Notes under the pieces: model-generated
Databases searched by the model: none
What the model was told of the DNA's origin: nothing
The model's input: only the letters and a program-made list of their open reading frames with translations
Shown here: positions 61,017 through 64,000 of the stretch, in pieces
Numbering within the stretch: position 1 is the first letter of the stretch
Layout of the letters: each line of letters opens with the position of its first letter
NCBI GenBank assembly: GCA_044440125.1
Contig: JBITAJ010000022.1
Location: forward strand, 128,001-192,000
Length of the DNA stretch: 64,000 bases
Reading direction: 5' to 3'
DNA from: Sedimentisphaeraceae bacterium JB056
Lineage (GTDB): Bacteria; Planctomycetota; Phycisphaerae; Sedimentisphaerales; Sedimentisphaeraceae
Program-made: the position numbers and the translations under genes

Positions 61017-62333
61017 TTAATCAGATTTTTTACCCGTCAATACGGCTGCAACTGAAAAAAGAACTGAAATAAGAAATGCAATTATAGAGAAAAGCTGTTT
61101 ATTAGAAGAGAAATTGGCATAAAGCCCTAAAGATCCACCCGTTACAATTGCAATATAAACGAATATTGGTTTAAGCTTAGTCTTTTTAGAGACAAGTATT
61201 GCAATGAACACAGGTGCAATAACACCACAATTAAAAACGCTGTATGATAGCAGTAAAGTCTTTATTATGTCAGCCTTTATCCACGCAACAGCCAAAGCTG
61301 CAACACCAATAAATAAAGTAACAATACGTATACTTTTAACACTCGTAAAGTTTTTAAACTGACCAGATACAATAGCCGACGAAGTAATCAGGCAGGTGTC
61401 AGCAGAAGAAATTATAGCCGACAACAACCCTAAGGAAAGCAATACCCCTACACCAGAAGGCAGTTTGTTACCAAGTATCCACACCAAAGCCTCCTGACCT
61501 TCAGGAATTTCACAAAACTTCCTCGCCCAAAGACCAATAGTAACAATCTCGACACTTATAAAAAATAGAATAAAGCCGGAAAAATAAGCTGATTTTTTTG
61601 CTATATTATTACTGCCTGCAGAAAAATAACGACTGAAAATATCAGGACCTATCAGAAACCCACTTCCCACAATAAGCATAAAGTAGGCTATATTACTAAT
61701 TCTAAATCCACTATCCTCATCAGGTAATGCGTAAATATTGAAACTCCAATTATTTTTGAAAAGAAAGGCAACTGTAAGCAAAATCCCAAAAACCATCATG
61801 AAAAACTGAATCATATCTGTCTTGAGTACAGAAAACTGCCCTCCAGCAACGCAATAACCAATTATCAGAAAAGAAGTAATAGCAAGAGAAGATGTGTAAC
61901 CCAAATCACAACAACCATCTATCAATTTTGCTGCAGCTATAAACTGGGCTGCAATTATACCTGTCCAGGCAATAACTATTACCAATGTTATCAGTTTCGC
62001 ACTGCCTACATCAATCAGTATTTTTGCAGCCTCTACAAGTGTTTTTGCACCTGTATCTCTAACTCTGGCCGCAACCCAAATTCCAGAAAAAAACAAGCCG
62101 ACAGCTCCACTTCCAAGCCACAACATAGCTGAAGGGCCACTTTTATAAGCAAGCTGCACAACTCCCATAGTAGCCGAGGCCCCAATGACACTGGCAAGAA
62201 TCGAAGAAGTTACCATTAGAGTCCCTCTTTTTCTTCCGGCCAAAACGAAATCATCAAAATTTTTCACCTTGCTAAAATCACTGAAGGCAACCCAAACGAT
62301 AAAAATCGCGTATATTATTAAAAATATGGACAT
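61017..62333 (-). CDS. Sodium:solute symporter (SSS) family
   Basis: DFVLAGR, SAIISSADT; about 13 TMs. Confidence 0.88.
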   Translation of the reverse strand: MSIFLIIYAIFIVWVAFSDFSKVKNFDDFVLAGRKRGTLMVTSSILASVIGASATMGVVQLAYKSGPSAMLWLGSGAVGLFFSGIWVAARVRDTGAKTLVEAAKILIDVGSAKLITLVIVIAWTGIIAAQFIAAAKLIDGCCDLGYTSSLAITSFLIIGYCVAGGQFSVLKTDMIQFFMMVFGILLTVAFLFKNNWSFNIYALPDEDSGFRISNIAYFMLIVGSGFLIGPDIFSRYFSAGSNNIAKKSAYFSGFILFFISVEIVTIGLWARKFCEIPEGQEALVWILGNKLPSGVGVLLSLGLLSAIISSADTCLITSSAIVSGQFKNFTSVKSIRIVTLFIGVAALAVAWIKADIIKTLLLSYSVFNCGVIAPVFIAILVSKKTKLKPIFVYIAIVTGGSLGLYANFSSNKQLFSIIAFLISVLFSVAAVLTGKKSD

Positions 62334-62342
62334 AATAGATTA

Positions 62343-63494
62343 TCAGACAATTACACGTCTTAAGTGTCTATGGAGTGATATCAATATTTCATAACATATT
62401 GTTCCGGCAATATCAGCAAGCCCATAAGCACTTGCCGGTGATTTCTGGTCATCATCAATCACGGTAACCCAATCACCAACCTTAACCCCAGGTATATCCG
62501 TCACATCAACCATTATCTGATCCATGCAGACCCGACCGATTACCGGCGCAAACCCCTCTCCAATTCGCACCTTCGCTTTATTCGAAAAACTTCTTTGGTA
62601 GCCATCTGAATACCCAAAGGGCACAATAGCAGAAACCGTGTCTCTTTTTGTAAAATACGACCTGCCATAACTCACTGAACGACCTGCCGGTATACGTTTT
62701 AGCTGAACGATCGGTACTTGCAGCTGCATTACGGGGTACAAATCAATCGGCGGTTTTTTCTGCGATCTTGAATAATAGCCATACATTGCAATTCCGCATC
62801 TGGCCATATCAAAATGACTGTCTTGCAATTTCATAGTTGCCGCACTATTGGCTGAATGTATTATAACATCCTTGCGAGAATCTAATTTATACATTGCCAA
62901 AAATCTTTTAAAATTTTCAAGCTGCTCATATGCAAATGACAAATCATCCTCATCAGCAGTTGCAAAATGTGTATAAACGCCGGCAAGCTTCAAATTTTGA
63001 CTTGAATCTATTATTTCAATGACCTTGCCTGCATTGACAGGCTCAATCCCTAAGCGGCCCATGCCGGTTTCAATATTAATATGTATATTGAGCTTGATAT
63101 TGGCTTCAGATGCCTTGGCCGCAACATGCTCGGCAGCATCTATTCCGCAAATCGCACAATGATAATCATTCTCTGCACAGAGGGTCAAATGTTCAGTACT
63201 TGTTGACTGATTCAATGGTTCAAATATAAGTATTCGCTGATGAGCTCTTATAACAGGACTAATATGAATTGCCTCAAAAACATTAGCAACGGCAAAAAAA
63301 TCAACAGGTTCGTCCCTGAGTATACTAACCACTTCCGTTGCACCATGCCCGTAAGCATTAGCTTTGACTACGGCACAAAATTTAGTTTCTGGTCTGCAAA
63401 GGGAGCGGAGATTGGCAACATTTTGCCGCAAACGCTGTGAATATATATTAACTTTAAGATCATTGCGGAAAAGCTTATTGTCATCCAATGACAT
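62343..63494 (-). CDS. alr: Alanine racemase
   Basis: AVVKANAYGHG, ETGMGRLG, THFATAD, HSANS, VSYG, GYSDG, GRVCMDQ. Confidence 0.96.
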   Translation of the reverse strand: MSLDDNKLFRNDLKVNIYSQRLRQNVANLRSLCRPETKFCAVVKANAYGHGATEVVSILRDEPVDFFAVANVFEAIHISPVIRAHQRILIFEPLNQSTSTEHLTLCAENDYHCAICGIDAAEHVAAKASEANIKLNIHINIETGMGRLGIEPVNAGKVIEIIDSSQNLKLAGVYTHFATADEDDLSFAYEQLENFKRFLAMYKLDSRKDVIIHSANSAATMKLQDSHFDMARCGIAMYGYYSRSQKKPPIDLYPVMQLQVPIVQLKRIPAGRSVSYGRSYFTKRDTVSAIVPFGYSDGYQRSFSNKAKVRIGEGFAPVIGRVCMDQIMVDVTDIPGVKVGDWVTVIDDDQKSPASAYGLADIAGTICYEILISLHRHLRRVIV

Positions 63495-63495
63495 A

Positions 63496-64000
63496 TTAAC
63501 TCCTGACTATATCAATCCATAGCCTGAATAACTCATAGAATGCCCGAAGTATCACGAAAGGATTGGCACCGGTTGCATGTCCATACTGACGAGGATAATG
63601 TTTAACGGGCATCTGAATTATCTTATAGCCCTTACGAACTGCACGTGCAAGAATTTCAGTGTCTATCAAAGCACCGGTACTTTTGAGCTCAAATGTGTCA
63701 AATATTTCTCGTTTATACAGCTTAAACGCACAATCAACGTCCTTGCCAGGCATATTGAACATAAATCCGATTAAAGCCGACCAGCAAACGGCGTTGAATT
63801 TGCGTATAAAGCCTTCGCTTCTATTACTGCGATAACACGATACAATATCGCAGCCACCTTCAATTGTCGTCATCAGTTCCACAACCCCGACAAGCTCAGA
63901 GAGATCAAATTGACAATCACCATCTGTATAAAAGACATATTCCTTGGTCGCAGCCTCAAATCCACTTCTCAGAGCAGAACCGTATCCTTTATTTGTAGGA
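63496..64000 (-). CDS. Glycosyltransferase family 2 (DPM1-like); 5' end outside the window
   Basis: The frame is open to the window edge: NKGYGSALRSGF, FYTDGDCQFD, DVDCAFKL, IDTEIL. Confidence 0.9.
   Translation of the reverse strand, partial: PTNKGYGSALRSGFEAATKEYVFYTDGDCQFDLSELVGVVELMTTIEGGCDIVSCYRSNRSEGFIRKFNAVCWSALIGFMFNMPGKDVDCAFKLYKREIFDTFELKSTGALIDTEILARAVRKGYKIIQMPVKHYPRQYGHATGANPFVILRAFYELFRLWIDIVRS

Overview
This 64-kb window is densely coding core chromosome from an anaerobic diderm bacterium. It is most plausibly a planctomycete of the Phycisphaerae/Sedimentisphaerales type, inferred from gene content (GLUG/dockerin-like surface protein, DUF6941-like gene, URO-D-like protein, V-type ATPase, PBP2); this is not proven. 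I saw no integrase, transposase, phage gene, CRISPR array, tRNA or rRNA. Recognisable genes include pckG, glutamine synthetase III, a NifA-like activator, PBP2, degP, surE, a dksA-like gene, clpX, thiC with a TPP riboswitch, two lolC/E-type permeases, phoH, cdsA, asd, pnp, rpsO, a complete Na+-type V/A-ATPase operon, a TetR-regulated RND efflux operon and alr. Three things stand out. (1) A divergent GAF-AAA+-HTH (NifA-like) activator and GS-III pair has a consensus sigma54 promoter and candidate non-NifA enhancer palindromes. (2) An ORF missed by the ORF track (1..1623, minus strand) fuses an Old-Yellow-Enzyme barrel to a GltD/DPD-type Fe-S domain. (3) The TPP riboswitch has a P5 arm extended by an 8-nt tandem repeat. 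I cannot establish novelty for any of these without database searches.
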